From positions 9,951 to 73,950 of the forward strand of contig SICK01000002.1 of assembly GCA_009691465.1 (NCBI GenBank): a DNA stretch of 64,000 nt. Direction: 5' to 3'. Source of the DNA: Candidatus Kaiserbacteria bacterium (GTDB lineage Bacteria; Patescibacteriota; Minisyncoccia; Phycocordibacterales; SBAW01). The notes beneath the pieces were generated by a model. The model was not told where the DNA came from. It did no database searches and saw only the letters and a program-made list of their open reading frames with translations. Positions 1 to 10,753 of the stretch are shown one piece after another. The position numbers were made by a program, and so were the translations under genes. The first letter of the stretch is position 1. The number at the start of each line of letters is the position of its first letter.

Positions 1-313
1 CATTTTGCCCACTCAAAGCACCTCGCGCCGCAAGCAGGCGCAGAGCACTTAGGAGCCCAAAAACATCGGCAAGCACCAGCGGCGCGTCCACCTCGCCGCC
101 GGCCAGGTGCGCGATACTGCCGGGCAATAAGCCGGCGCGGCGCGCGGTCTCGTCGAGTTCCTCCTGCCACTCGGGCGCCGCGGAGCGGCCCAAAAAGACG
201 AGCGCGTGGGCTATCTTTTCTGCCTTAAGGTAGCAAAAATACCAGTCACTGCGTCCTTTAAAAAGGATTGATTGTAAAGCGAATTCGTGGAATTTTTTGC
301 TGTTGTCCGGCAT
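1..313 (-). CDS. Hypothetical protein, 5' part only (runs off the window start)
   Basis: ATG at 313; frame open to the window edge (MPDNSKKFHEFALQSILFKGRSDWYFCYLKAEKIAHAL...); divergent from ftsK. Confidence 0.6.
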   Translation of the reverse strand, partial: MPDNSKKFHEFALQSILFKGRSDWYFCYLKAEKIAHALVFLGRSAAPEWQEELDETARRAGLLPGSIAHLAGGEVDAPLVLADVFGLLSALRLLAARGALSGQN

Positions 314-452
314 AGTTTGTCCGAGAAAATGTCTCTCAATGTCTTTAACTTGTAAAGGAAATCTATCGGACAAGTGATGTCTTTGAGTATACCGTCGGAA
401 CGCTGGCATGCAAGTAAAAAAGTGTGCTCTAAAATAATGTTAGAATGTGCGC

Positions 453-2651
453 ATGTCCCGCAAGAACGGCAAGAAGGACGGGGGAAGCCCGTTTACCGCT
501 ATACCGCACGACACCCGTCGCGCGATTATTGTAGTTATTCTGGTCATCGCCGGACTCTTCCTGACCCTTGCGGCTTTTGACGCGGCGGGTATCGCCGGCA
601 GTGACGCCTACCGGCTCTTTGCGGCGCTCTTGGGGGTGGGCTACTTTCTGTTGCCGCTCCTGCTGTTTGTGCTCGCCGGCAACGCCCTGCGCGCCGAGCA
701 GAAAGGGTTTACCGCCGTCAAACTTATCTCGAGCGGACTTTTTTTTGTTGCGGGGCTGGGGTTTATCCAGGTGGTCTCTGGAAGGGGCGGGCTCTTAGGC
801 GGTGCCATCGCCGACCCGGCGGTCAAATACTTGGATGTCTACGCCTCGCTCATTGTACTCGGCGGACTCTCGCTGATTTCGTTGTTGCTGCTGCTTGAGG
901 GCCGCATCTCGCTGGAACCCTTTGTGGCGCTATACCGGGGCATCAAGAACCTAGTCGCGCGCCTGCGCGGCACACCCGCAGAAACAGAGCCAAAACTCGG
1001 CGGCTTCGGGCTTGATAATGACGAACCCTCCGTCGCTGAAGCTATGGAGGGCCAGGAGGAGGAAGATGAGGAAATTCCTATACGCACACCGCGTGCCGAA
1101 CCCGCGCGCGCGGGGATGCCGATGCAAACACTCAAGTCGCTGTTGGGCACTTACACGCCGCCGCCGCTCTCACTGCTGGAGCGCGACCGCGGCCGCCCCG
1201 GCGTGGGCGACATCAAGGGTAACGCCAACATCATCAAGCGCACCCTGCAGAACTTCGGTATCACGGTAGAGCTCGACGAGATTTCTATCGGCCCGAGCGT
1301 CACGCGCTATGCGGTCAAACCCGCCGAAGGCGTGCGCCTGCAAAAAATATTGACCCTGCAAAAAAATCTCGAGCTCGCGCTGTCTGCATCGTCGGTGCGC
1401 ATCGAGGCGCCCATACCGGGTAAGTCGCTGGTGGGGATTGAGGTCCCTAACTCATCTAAAGTAACCGTGGGGCTGGGCGCCATGCTCGACACGCCGGAGT
1501 TTACCGACTCGCACAAACCCTTGCTCATCGGGCTCGGGCGCGACATCGCGGGGGGTGCTTTGTTTGCGAACATCGCCCGGATGCCGCACGCGCTCATTGC
1601 CGGCGCCACCGGCTCGGGCAAGTCGGTCGCGATACACACCATCATCAACAGCTTGATATACCGCTGCGGGCCGCAGCAGTTGCGGTTTATTATGATAGAC
1701 CCGAAGCGCGTCGAGCTGACACTGTACCGCTCACTGCCGCACCTGCTGACCCCGGTCATCACCGACGCCAAGAAGGCCATCGCCGCCCTGCGCTGGGCCG
1801 GCAAAGAAATGGAGCGCCGGTACAATATTTTGGAGGAGAAGCGCGTCCGCGACGTCGAGTCGTATCACCAAAACATCCTCGCCCCCGCGCTTGAGCGGAT
1901 AAAAAAGAAAGGCGCTCCGGAAGAAGGTGAGCCGGTGCCCGAGGCGATGCCGTACATCGTCATCATCATCGACGAGCTCGCCGACATTATGTCGACCTAT
2001 CCCCGGGAGCTTGAGGCCGCAGTGGTACGGCTGGCCCAGATGTCGCGCGCGGTCGGTATACACCTTATCCTTTCTACCCAGCGCCCCAGCGTCAATGTCA
2101 TCACCGGGCTCATTAAAGCCAACATACCCGCACGCATCGCCTTGCAGGTCGCGTCGCAAATCGACTCCCGGACCATCCTCGACCAAGGCGGGGCCGAAAC
2201 CCTGTTAGGTGCCGGCGACATGCTCTACCTCTCGCCCGACATGAACAAGCCGGTGCGCTTGCAGAACGCCTATATTGGAGAAAAAGAAGTCAAAGCGGTG
2301 GTGGACTTTATTGCCAAAAACAACGAGCCCGAGCTGCCGGTAGAAATTACGCCGCCACAAAGAGGGGAGGATGGTGTGGGAGTCGGGACCGCAACCAGCG
2401 GCGGCTTTGATGACGAAGAGATCGATGACGACCTGTACGAAGCGGCGCAGAGCGCCGTACTTGAGGCAGGGAAGGCCTCGACCTCGTACTTGCAGCGAAA
2501 ACTGCGCGTCGGCTACGCGCGCGCAGCTCGGCTAATCGATATCCTCGAGGAGCGCGGCGTCATAGGCCCGGGTGATGGTGCCAAACCGCGCGATATCCTG
2601 GAAAAATCTTCTCCTGTCTCCCCCGCCCCCGTACATGAAGAAAACCTGTAG
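453..2651 (+). CDS. ftsK: DNA translocase FtsK/SpoIIIE
   Basis: N-terminal TM helices, Walker A GATGSGKS, IIIDELAD, LSTQRPS, C-terminal gamma domain (STSYLQRKLRVGYARAARLID); start placed at ATG 453, 6 nt after TAGAAT. Confidence 0.97.
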   Translation: MSRKNGKKDGGSPFTAIPHDTRRAIIVVILVIAGLFLTLAAFDAAGIAGSDAYRLFAALLGVGYFLLPLLLFVLAGNALRAEQKGFTAVKLISSGLFFVAGLGFIQVVSGRGGLLGGAIADPAVKYLDVYASLIVLGGLSLISLLLLLEGRISLEPFVALYRGIKNLVARLRGTPAETEPKLGGFGLDNDEPSVAEAMEGQEEEDEEIPIRTPRAEPARAGMPMQTLKSLLGTYTPPPLSLLERDRGRPGVGDIKGNANIIKRTLQNFGITVELDEISIGPSVTRYAVKPAEGVRLQKILTLQKNLELALSASSVRIEAPIPGKSLVGIEVPNSSKVTVGLGAMLDTPEFTDSHKPLLIGLGRDIAGGALFANIARMPHALIAGATGSGKSVAIHTIINSLIYRCGPQQLRFIMIDPKRVELTLYRSLPHLLTPVITDAKKAIAALRWAGKEMERRYNILEEKRVRDVESYHQNILAPALERIKKKGAPEEGEPVPEAMPYIVIIIDELADIMSTYPRELEAAVVRLAQMSRAVGIHLILSTQRPSVNVITGLIKANIPARIALQVASQIDSRTILDQGGAETLLGAGDMLYLSPDMNKPVRLQNAYIGEKEVKAVVDFIAKNNEPELPVEITPPQRGEDGVGVGTATSGGFDDEEIDDDLYEAAQSAVLEAGKASTSYLQRKLRVGYARAARLIDILEERGVIGPGDGAKPRDILEKSSPVSPAPVHEENL

Positions 2652-2684
2652 AAAGTTATCCACACCCCTGTTACACTGGGCCGC

Positions 2685-3023
2685 ATGCAGCGGGTGATTT
2701 TGATACTAGCCGCGGTCCTTATCATGGGCTACGGGCTGTTTGAAGCCCGCCGCCTGATCAGCGGGCCAGAGATTACCATCGACTCCCCCGTCGACGGCTC
2801 GGCAACTTCTACAAGCGCGGTGACCATCGCCGGCACGGCCCAAAACATCGCCTTTTTGACCATAAACGACGCTCCGGCCTACACAGATGAGGCGGGTAAA
2901 TTTGTGTACCGCTACTCCCCCCCTGCGGGGTATACTGTGGTCACCGTCGCGGCCACCGACCGGTTTGGTCGCCGGGCGTCGAAGTCGGTTTCTATTACTG
3001 TCGTAACCTATTGTCCTCTATAA
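2685..3023 (+). CDS. Membrane-anchored Ig-like small protein
   Basis: N-terminal hydrophobic helix followed by a beta-rich domain (PEITIDSP...VVTVAATDRFGR). Confidence 0.75.
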   Translation: MQRVILILAAVLIMGYGLFEARRLISGPEITIDSPVDGSATSTSAVTIAGTAQNIAFLTINDAPAYTDEAGKFVYRYSPPAGYTVVTVAATDRFGRRASKSVSITVVTYCPL

Positions 3024-3032
3024 AAAGAATGT

Positions 3033-4127
<1,095 letters not shown>

Positions 4128-4399
4128 AGACACTCCGGCAACTACAAATACCGCGAGCGTAAGCTGTACCAGCGTGCTCGTGTGTGTGACTGCCGAAAGA
4201 GCAAAAGTGCCCAAGCCGTCGAGTCCGACGCGCGCCATATTGTCGAACACGCGGTGCACCCAAACCAGCTGGACCAGACCGTATAGTGAGAGAGCACAGA
4301 CATACAACTTGAGAGCCGTCGACGAGACGAGTTGTCGCGCAGTATAGACCGTCGCGACCGAGGCCATCACCTGCTGTTCGATTTTGCTTTGCATATAGG

Positions 4400-4993
4400 C
4401 TATAACGAGCTCTTATTGCTAATAGTTTCAAACACTTTTTTGAACTCCTTTTTGGCCCGATGGACCCTCGTCTTGACCGCACCCACAGAGAGCCCCTCTG
4501 CTTCGGCTATTTCCTCCTGCGTCTTCCCTTCTATAAAAAATAATGAGAGCGCGCGAGACATGGGCGCGGGCATCCGCGAGAGCACCGAAGCCACCAGGTC
4601 AATTACTTCTTTCTTTTCGAACTGCCGCAGATTGCGGTCGGGTATAAGCGCCCATATCTCCTCATCCAAACCCACTTCCCCACCACTGCGGCGCTTACGG
4701 CGCGCATAGTGCGTGAGCGCTGTGTTGATGAGGATACGGTAGCCCCACGATGAAAACTGCGCCCCTTCTACCGTCTTAAACTTGCCCGCGTTGAGGTAGA
4801 TCTTGGTAAAGGCCTCCTGCACCACGTCCTCGGCCGCCTCCTGCTCGCGCACGATACTCAATGCCTTGCGCAGGAACGGCTCTTCATACTTGCGCACAAG
4901 CAGGGCAAAGAGCGACGGGGTGTGTACCGACGCGAGCAGGACTTCTTCATCCCGCATCCCCTCCCCCTTCTCTTCCAGTGAGAGATACTCCAT
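4400..4993 (-). CDS. ECF-type RNA polymerase sigma factor
   Basis: Region 2 (AEDVVQEAFTKIY...FSSWGYRILIN) and region 4 (TQEEIAEAEGLSVGAVKTRVHRAK). Confidence 0.93.
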   Translation of the reverse strand: MEYLSLEEKGEGMRDEEVLLASVHTPSLFALLVRKYEEPFLRKALSIVREQEAAEDVVQEAFTKIYLNAGKFKTVEGAQFSSWGYRILINTALTHYARRKRRSGGEVGLDEEIWALIPDRNLRQFEKKEVIDLVASVLSRMPAPMSRALSLFFIEGKTQEEIAEAEGLSVGAVKTRVHRAKKEFKKVFETISNKSSL

Positions 4994-5237
4994 GGCCACA
5001 GGATATATCATGTACCGTTATATACAACCCGCGCTTGCGCGGTTTTGTTTCATCCCGTACAGTAGAAATATGTTCGGTACGCGCACCATTAGCCGCCTCA
5101 ACCTCCTTCTTAGAAGGGGTGGAGGCCTTGCGCGTTCTTAGGAAGAAATTTTCATAAGAACTCCCCAGCCCTCCACCCCCAAGGTGAGGGCTGGTTTCGT
5201 ACAGATAGTTCTTCGACAATCAACCAGGAGACGGATC

Positions 5238-5510
5238 GTGGCACACCATCGATCTACTAAACTCGCACTAAGCATCTATGCGGCACTCGAACAACGCCCC
5301 GAGGTCAGCAAAGTGTGTTGGGGAGGCGTAGGCCACTTCAAAGGAGCCACAACGCTCAAATTGCACAACGGCGTGCCGGGCCAAGTACTGGTGCAAGTGT
5401 GCGAGCCCGGCCGCTCGCAAAAAATCCACGCGTACACCAAAAACTGTGAGGTGACGCTCGCCGCAGCGCGTGACCTTGCCCGCCGTGAAAAGGTCAACGT
5501 CAACGGCTAA
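5238..5510 (+). CDS. Small hypothetical protein, DUF2103-like (tentative)
   Basis: GTG start after an AGGAG SD; N-terminal HHRST and PEVSKV...SQKIHAYT pattern resembles DUF2103; followed by a terminator. Confidence 0.55.
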   Translation: MAHHRSTKLALSIYAALEQRPEVSKVCWGGVGHFKGATTLKLHNGVPGQVLVQVCEPGRSQKIHAYTKNCEVTLAAARDLARREKVNVNG

Positions 5511-5528
5511 CCAAGAAGGAATACCGGG

Positions 5529-5560
5529 GCCGCGCATAACTTGCGCGGCTTTTTCTTTTT
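5529..5560 (+). terminator. Intrinsic terminator
   Basis: GCCGCGCA/TGCGCGGC stem followed by a T-tract. Confidence 0.75.
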
Positions 5561-5598
5561 GAGTACTATGTGAAGAAGCCTTCGGGCGATTTTTATTT

Positions 5599-6174
5599 GT
5601 GGCAATGCTCGAATACAACGAAATACTCAAAGGCCGAGTGATACTCGTGGGCGATGAGCCATACGAGGTCCTGGACGCGCACGTCTTCCGCAAGCAGCAA
5701 CGCAAGCCGGTCAACCAGACCAAGCTGCGCCACCTCATCACCGGCAAGGTGACCGAGCAGGCCTTCCACGTGTCGGAGAAGGTCCCCGAGGCCGACCTCT
5801 CGAACAAACAGGTCAAATATCTCTACACCAACAAAGGAGAGCGGTGGTTTTGCGCCGAGGCAAACCCTGCGGACCGCTTTATGCTCTCGGACGAAACCAT
5901 CGGCACGGGCGGGCAGTTTATGAAGCCCAACATGATAGTCGAGGCGCTCGTCTTCGACGAGAAGATAATCGGCGTAAAGCTCCCTATCAAAATGGATCTC
6001 AAAGTAACCGAAGCCCCGCCGGCGGTCAAAGGCAACACGGCGCAGGGCGGCTCTAAGATGATCACACTCGAAACGGGTACAGAACTTCAGGCTCCCCTCT
6101 TTATCAACGAAGGAGACGTCGTGCGCATCAACACCGAAACGGGAGAATACGTAGAAAGAGTAGACAAGAAGTAA
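5599..6174 (+). CDS. efp: Elongation factor P
   Basis: PPAVKGNTA, TLETG, PLFINEGDVVRINTETGEYVER. Confidence 0.96.
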   Translation: MAMLEYNEILKGRVILVGDEPYEVLDAHVFRKQQRKPVNQTKLRHLITGKVTEQAFHVSEKVPEADLSNKQVKYLYTNKGERWFCAEANPADRFMLSDETIGTGGQFMKPNMIVEALVFDEKIIGVKLPIKMDLKVTEAPPAVKGNTAQGGSKMITLETGTELQAPLFINEGDVVRINTETGEYVERVDKK

Positions 6175-6178
6175 CGAA

Positions 6179-6278
6179 AAAGAAAAAGCATTTTTGGGAG
6201 TGTTTCGCAGGCCGACGGGCCGAGAAGCAGCAAATTTTCACCAGAAAATTATGCGACTCACAAAAATGCTTTTTCTTT
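6179..6278. repeat. 100-bp element with 23-bp terminal inverted repeats (MITE/REP-like)
   Basis: 6179-6201 versus the reverse complement of 6256-6278: 22/23 identical. Confidence 0.75.
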
Positions 6279-6283
6279 GGAGA

Positions 6284-6478
6284 CTACCTAACTATATACG
6301 GCAGGAGTGCCATAAAGCGCGCACGTTTGACGGCTTCGGCCAGCGCGCGCTGGTTGGGGGCGTTGAGGCCCGTGCGGCGGCGCGGCATAATTTTGCCGTG
6401 CGGATTGAGGAACTTCTTAAGAAGCTCCGTGTCTTTGTAATCAATATATTGAAACTGTGCTACGTATTCTTTTTTCAT
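6284..6478 (-). CDS. rpsR: 30S ribosomal protein S18
   Basis: [12 protein letters not shown]...[10 protein letters not shown]...[13 protein letters not shown]. Confidence 0.97.
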   Translation of the reverse strand: MKKEYVAQFQYIDYKDTELLKKFLNPHGKIMPRRRTGLNAPNQRALAEAVKRARFMALLPYIVR

Positions 6479-6483
6479 AAAAA

Positions 6484-6924
6484 TTAAAACGGAATGTCGT
6501 CGGGATTAATATCTTCGGCCGGGTAGTCTATCGCCTCGTCTTTGCTCGCGGCCGCCACCGGCGCGGCTTCCGCTCCGCGCGGTGCCGCACCTTGCCCCGC
6601 CGCGCGCGGGCCAAACTGCACCACCTCGGCGATAATCTCGGTCTTGTATTGCTTGCCCTTCTCGCCCTCCCACGTGCGGGTCTTGAGCCGCCCTTCTACA
6701 TAGGCACTGCTACCCTTTTTGAGATACTGCGCACAGAGGTCGGCCAATTTGCCGAAGGTGACAACATTGTGGAACTCAACCTCCTCTTGTTTGGTGCCGT
6801 CTTGCTTTTTATAGACGCGGTTGGTCGCAAGGCCAAAAGAGCACACCTGGCCGCCGCTGGGGAGCGCGCGAGCCTCCGGGTCGCGGGTCAAGTTGCCGAA
6901 TATCATTACCTTGTTGAGATACAT
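6484..6924 (-). CDS. ssb: Single-stranded DNA-binding protein
   Basis: [17 protein letters not shown] fold, C-terminal DDIPF. Confidence 0.98.
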   Translation of the reverse strand: MYLNKVMIFGNLTRDPEARALPSGGQVCSFGLATNRVYKKQDGTKQEEVEFHNVVTFGKLADLCAQYLKKGSSAYVEGRLKTRTWEGEKGKQYKTEIIAEVVQFGPRAAGQGAAPRGAEAAPVAAASKDEAIDYPAEDINPDDIPF

Positions 6925-6938
6925 ACAATAAGTATAGC

Positions 6939-7469
6939 TTAGCCGGTCAGGGCCTCAATCGATTTGTCGAGCTCGGCATCAGACACTTCGGCCGCTTTTT
7001 CAGGGGCCATCACCGGCTTCTCGATGGTCTTGCCTTCAAGCCGGTCAGAGGAGAACACCGCACGGCGAGGTGCCTGGGTGATGTCCTCGCGCACCGTTTG
7101 TATAAGGAGGTAGCGCAGAACTTCGTGGATACTGCGCAAGCCTTGCTCTATCGCGGGGATCATCTCGCGCTCGGTAGCAAATTTTATAAAGCCAAAGTAG
7201 CTCTCGAGGTACTTCTCGCGAGCACCGGCCTGGGCGCGCTCAACACGGTACGCGAGTGCTCGTTTGGTGGGGAACGTTTGTGAAATTATTTCCGCGTCAC
7301 CCAAGAGCGTGCGAATCTTCTCCAGCACTGCCGGCACCCCGTCCTCGCCTACTGTAGGGATAATATGAAAGCCCACCTCGTACACGGGGGTGGTGTTTTT
7401 GACCGCAGCCGGAGAACCGGCGTCAGTCGCTTGGGTAAAGCCCTCAACGGGCTGCGACGTTTCTGCCAT
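6939..7469 (-). CDS. rpsF: 30S ribosomal protein S6 with terminal extensions
   Basis: YEVGFHI...LAYRV...EVLRYLLI; canonical rpsF-ssb-rpsR gene order. Confidence 0.88.
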   Translation of the reverse strand: MAETSQPVEGFTQATDAGSPAAVKNTTPVYEVGFHIIPTVGEDGVPAVLEKIRTLLGDAEIISQTFPTKRALAYRVERAQAGAREKYLESYFGFIKFATEREMIPAIEQGLRSIHEVLRYLLIQTVREDITQAPRRAVFSSDRLEGKTIEKPVMAPEKAAEVSDAELDKSIEALTG

Positions 7470-7494
7470 ACCCGAATACCTTACCAAAGCCGCG

Positions 7495-8265
7495 CTAGCT
7501 TTGCAAGCTTGCCTCGCCCGCAGGCAGGCGGAAGATTTTTTGGGCGTTCGCCATTGTAGCCGCGGTGACCTCTTCTACAGGAACCCCTTTTACTTGGGCG
7601 ATTTTTATAGCCACGTATTCGACATACACCGGTTCGTTGCGCTTGCCGCGGAACGGGACGGGGGCTGCAAAGGGCGCGTCGGTTTCTATCAGCATTTTGT
7701 CGAGCGGACAGACACGAATGGAGTCGTCGTACATGTCGGTGTAGGTGATAGGCCCGGGGAATGACAAATAGCAGCCCAAGTCTAAAAACTTTTGCGCCAA
7801 CTCTCCCGACCCGGTAAAAAAGTGCATCACCACGGGCACTGCTATTGCAGTGTTTTGCAAAACACTAGAACAATCGTCATGTGCTTCCCTGCAATGGACG
7901 ATGAGTGGTTTTTGTACTTTATTGGCCAAAGTAATGTGCGCTAAAAAGTTTTCTTTTTGTGCCTCTGACCTCTCCACTCTAAAATAATCCAGCCCGCACT
8001 CCCCTATCGCAACGACTTTTGGGTCGCCCGCCAGCTCCTCGTATTTGTCGGCATCAAAAACCTCATCCTGCGTAGGATGCACCCCCACCGACGCCCACAA
8101 AAAGTCGTGTTGCTTGGCGAGCTCGAGCCCTTTGCGGCTCATGTCCAAATCGGTCCCTATCACCAAGGCGCCCATCCCCTTTTCCTCCATACGAGCAAGT
8201 ACCGCATCGCGGTCGGCGTCGTACTGCTCAAACTGCAGCTGACAGTGAGAGTCGAAGAGCCGCAT
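7495..8265 (-). CDS. tatD: TatD family DNase
   Basis: DSHCQL, GVHP, AIGECGLDY, HCREA, ETDAPF. Confidence 0.95.
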   Translation of the reverse strand: MRLFDSHCQLQFEQYDADRDAVLARMEEKGMGALVIGTDLDMSRKGLELAKQHDFLWASVGVHPTQDEVFDADKYEELAGDPKVVAIGECGLDYFRVERSEAQKENFLAHITLANKVQKPLIVHCREAHDDCSSVLQNTAIAVPVVMHFFTGSGELAQKFLDLGCYLSFPGPITYTDMYDDSIRVCPLDKMLIETDAPFAAPVPFRGKRNEPVYVEYVAIKIAQVKGVPVEEVTAATMANAQKIFRLPAGEASLQS

Positions 8266-9698
8266 TAGTCTTTACGCGGAAAGAGGTTTTCCGGCTTTTT
8301 GTTGGCCATGATTGCTTCGATTATCTTTTTTGATGTCTCGGGCATCAGGGGCTCGAGCATCTGGTCGATATACGCGAGCTCGGCAACCAGCTCGGCAATT
8401 ATCGTCTTACCCCTTTCGATATCCTCTTTAACCACTTTAAACGGCGCTTCCTCGGTTATTTTTTGGTCGAGCACGGATATTCTGCTCCAAACGTGCTCCG
8501 CCGCCTTGTTGCAATCATATACATCGAGTGCATCGGTAAACTCCTTAGGGAGTGTGCGCCATTCCAACTTGACCGGCTCGGTAAGATGTGTCTGCGCCAA
8601 CTGCATGATGCGCGCGGCGAGGTTGCCCAAGCCGTTGGCCAAGTCGGCGTTGTAGACCTCTTTAAACCGCTCAAGGGTAAAGTCGCTGTCGTCAAAGGGG
8701 TGCACGTGTCGGGCCAAAAAGTAACGTACCGCGTCTACCCCGTACTCATCGACGAGCGCAAGCGGCTCTATCACATTACCGAGCGACTTGGACATTTTTT
8801 GCCCGCCGCTCGTGATAAAGCCGTGGTAGACCACCTGGTCGGTGGTTTTTATGTCCGCCGACATCAGCATCGCCTGCCACATAATCGACTGAAACCGCAC
8901 CTGGTCCTTGCCGGCAACTTGCACCACCTCCCCTTCCTGCCAAAACTTTTTAAATTTCCCCTCCCCGTCCGAGGGCCAGCCCAAGGTCGATATGTAGTTG
9001 GTGAGCGCATCAAACCAGACGTACATGACCTGATCCTCATCGTCGGGCACGGGCACCCCCCAGGTCAGGCGCGCTTTCTCACGCGAGATACTAAAGTCCT
9101 CGAGCCCCTGCTGTACAAACTTGACCGCCTCCTCACGGCGCCAGCCGGGGCGTATTACGTCCTCTCGCTCCAGATACGCGAGCAACTGGTCCTGATAGGC
9201 GCTCAAACGAAAGAAATAATTCTCCTCTTCGATCTCGACCGGGGTCATGTTTGGGTGGTTGGGGCACTTGCCGTCGACGAGGTCCGAGTCGCGCAAAAAC
9301 ATCTCGTCCCCGACACAGTAGAGACCCTTGTATTTCTTTTTATAAATATCGCCTTTGGCGAGACAGCGCTTCCACAGCTCCTGCGCTGCGGCCACGTGCC
9401 CCGGGTCTGTGGTGCGGATAAAGGCGTCGTACGAGAGGTTGAGGCTGGTTTTGAGCTCCTGAAATCGGCTCGCGTAGTGGTCAACGTATTCCTCAACACT
9501 CTTGCCTTCTTTTTGGGCTGCTTGGAATATTTTTTGCCCGTGCTCGTCGGTCCCAGTATTAAAAAACACTTCTCTCCCCATAAGCCGCTGATAACGCGCG
9601 ATGATGTCGGCTTGTACTATCTCGAGCGCAAACCCGATGTGCGGGTCTGCGTTTACGTACGGGAGCGTCGTCGTGAGGTAAAAGTTTTTATTCGTCAT
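8265..9698 (-). CDS. metG: Methionine--tRNA ligase, short form without the C-terminal tRNA-binding domain
   Basis: LPYVNADPHIGF, GTDEHG, YVWFDAL, KMSKS. Confidence 0.97.
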   Translation of the reverse strand: MTNKNFYLTTTLPYVNADPHIGFALEIVQADIIARYQRLMGREVFFNTGTDEHGQKIFQAAQKEGKSVEEYVDHYASRFQELKTSLNLSYDAFIRTTDPGHVAAAQELWKRCLAKGDIYKKKYKGLYCVGDEMFLRDSDLVDGKCPNHPNMTPVEIEEENYFFRLSAYQDQLLAYLEREDVIRPGWRREEAVKFVQQGLEDFSISREKARLTWGVPVPDDEDQVMYVWFDALTNYISTLGWPSDGEGKFKKFWQEGEVVQVAGKDQVRFQSIMWQAMLMSADIKTTDQVVYHGFITSGGQKMSKSLGNVIEPLALVDEYGVDAVRYFLARHVHPFDDSDFTLERFKEVYNADLANGLGNLAARIMQLAQTHLTEPVKLEWRTLPKEFTDALDVYDCNKAAEHVWSRISVLDQKITEEAPFKVVKEDIERGKTIIAELVAELAYIDQMLEPLMPETSKKIIEAIMANKKPENLFPRKD

Positions 9699-10752
9699 TC
9701 TTGAGCGCCTGCGTTTTTCTGCGGTCTACGTCGGCGACGAACTCCTGTATGGCCGCCGCAATAGGTACCGAGAGCAATATCCCCAAGAACCCGGCGAGCT
9801 TTGCCCCGACGATGAGCGCGAGTATGACCAAGAGCGGCGGGACGCCCACCACTTTTTTGACCACCACCGGATATATCAGGTGTGCTTCAAACTGCTGTAC
9901 CACCAAGTAGAGCCCCGCCACCAGCAAGAGCGCGGTGACTCCCCCGTCGGAAAAAGCGATGGCGAGTGCCGGTATAGCGGCGAGTATCTGACCAAAGACG
10001 GGTATGAGCTCAAAGAGCCCCGCGATGACCGCCAACAACAGCGCGTTTGGTATACCCAATATCACGAGCCCTAAATACAGCAATACGCCCACAATGAGGC
10101 CCAGCACCATTTGCCCCTGCATCCACTTGCCTATTTTGTCTTGGGAGCGCTTCCAGAGATGCAGGACGTAGGCTTGCTCTTTGATGGGGGTCACTACGCG
10201 CAAAAAGTCGTCGACCCCGGTCTCTTGTACCGAAAAATAAAATGAGAAGACGATGATGAGGATAAACGAGGTGAGCCCGCCAAAAAAGGCCGACACCGTG
10301 GTAAACACCCCGCCCGTGGTGTCGGCCAGTGTGGTAGAAATGTTGCGCAACAGGTCGGCCGAGGATATCTGCTGTCCGATGTCTCCCCACGGCAAAAGCC
10401 CGTGTGTTGCATCGCTGATATTAAAACCGGAGAGCGTTTCGGGTAGGCGCGAGAGGAAGTTGGCCGCATCACCCAAGAGCGGCGGCACAAAGATAAGCAG
10501 AACGCTCAAAAATACCCCTGAGACCAAGAGGTACATGAGTATGACCCCGAGTATGCGGTTGACCCTGCGGCGGACAAAAAACTGTATCGCCGGCTCGATG
10601 GCCGAGGCGATGACGACCGCGGTGACGACGATGAGGAGAATGTCGCGCAACACCCACAACAGGGCCGCCAGACCCAAAAAGAGGAGCGTCTTTATAATGC
10701 TCCCCGAGGTGATATGGACGCTGATGTCTCTCCCCTTCTCCATAACCTCCAT
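9688..10752 (-). CDS. AI-2E (PerM) family transporter
   Basis: Multiple TM helices, ELIPVFG, QQFEAHLIYP, GILLSVP; start trimmed to the ATG next to the glyQS stop. Confidence 0.9.
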   Translation of the reverse strand: MEVMEKGRDISVHITSGSIIKTLLFLGLAALLWVLRDILLIVVTAVVIASAIEPAIQFFVRRRVNRILGVILMYLLVSGVFLSVLLIFVPPLLGDAANFLSRLPETLSGFNISDATHGLLPWGDIGQQISSADLLRNISTTLADTTGGVFTTVSAFFGGLTSFILIIVFSFYFSVQETGVDDFLRVVTPIKEQAYVLHLWKRSQDKIGKWMQGQMVLGLIVGVLLYLGLVILGIPNALLLAVIAGLFELIPVFGQILAAIPALAIAFSDGGVTALLLVAGLYLVVQQFEAHLIYPVVVKKVVGVPPLLVILALIVGAKLAGFLGILLSVPIAAAIQEFVADVDRRKTQALKNDE

Positions 10753-10753
10753 A

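Noticed and set aside
2656-2664. Isolated DnaA box TTATCCACA (another near 33439) as an origin
   Set aside because: Single boxes without an unwinding element; the clustered boxes flank dnaA.
8463-9704. 413-aa plus-strand ORF
   Set aside because: Antisense shadow of metG with no recognisable motifs; expected under GC3-biased codon usage.
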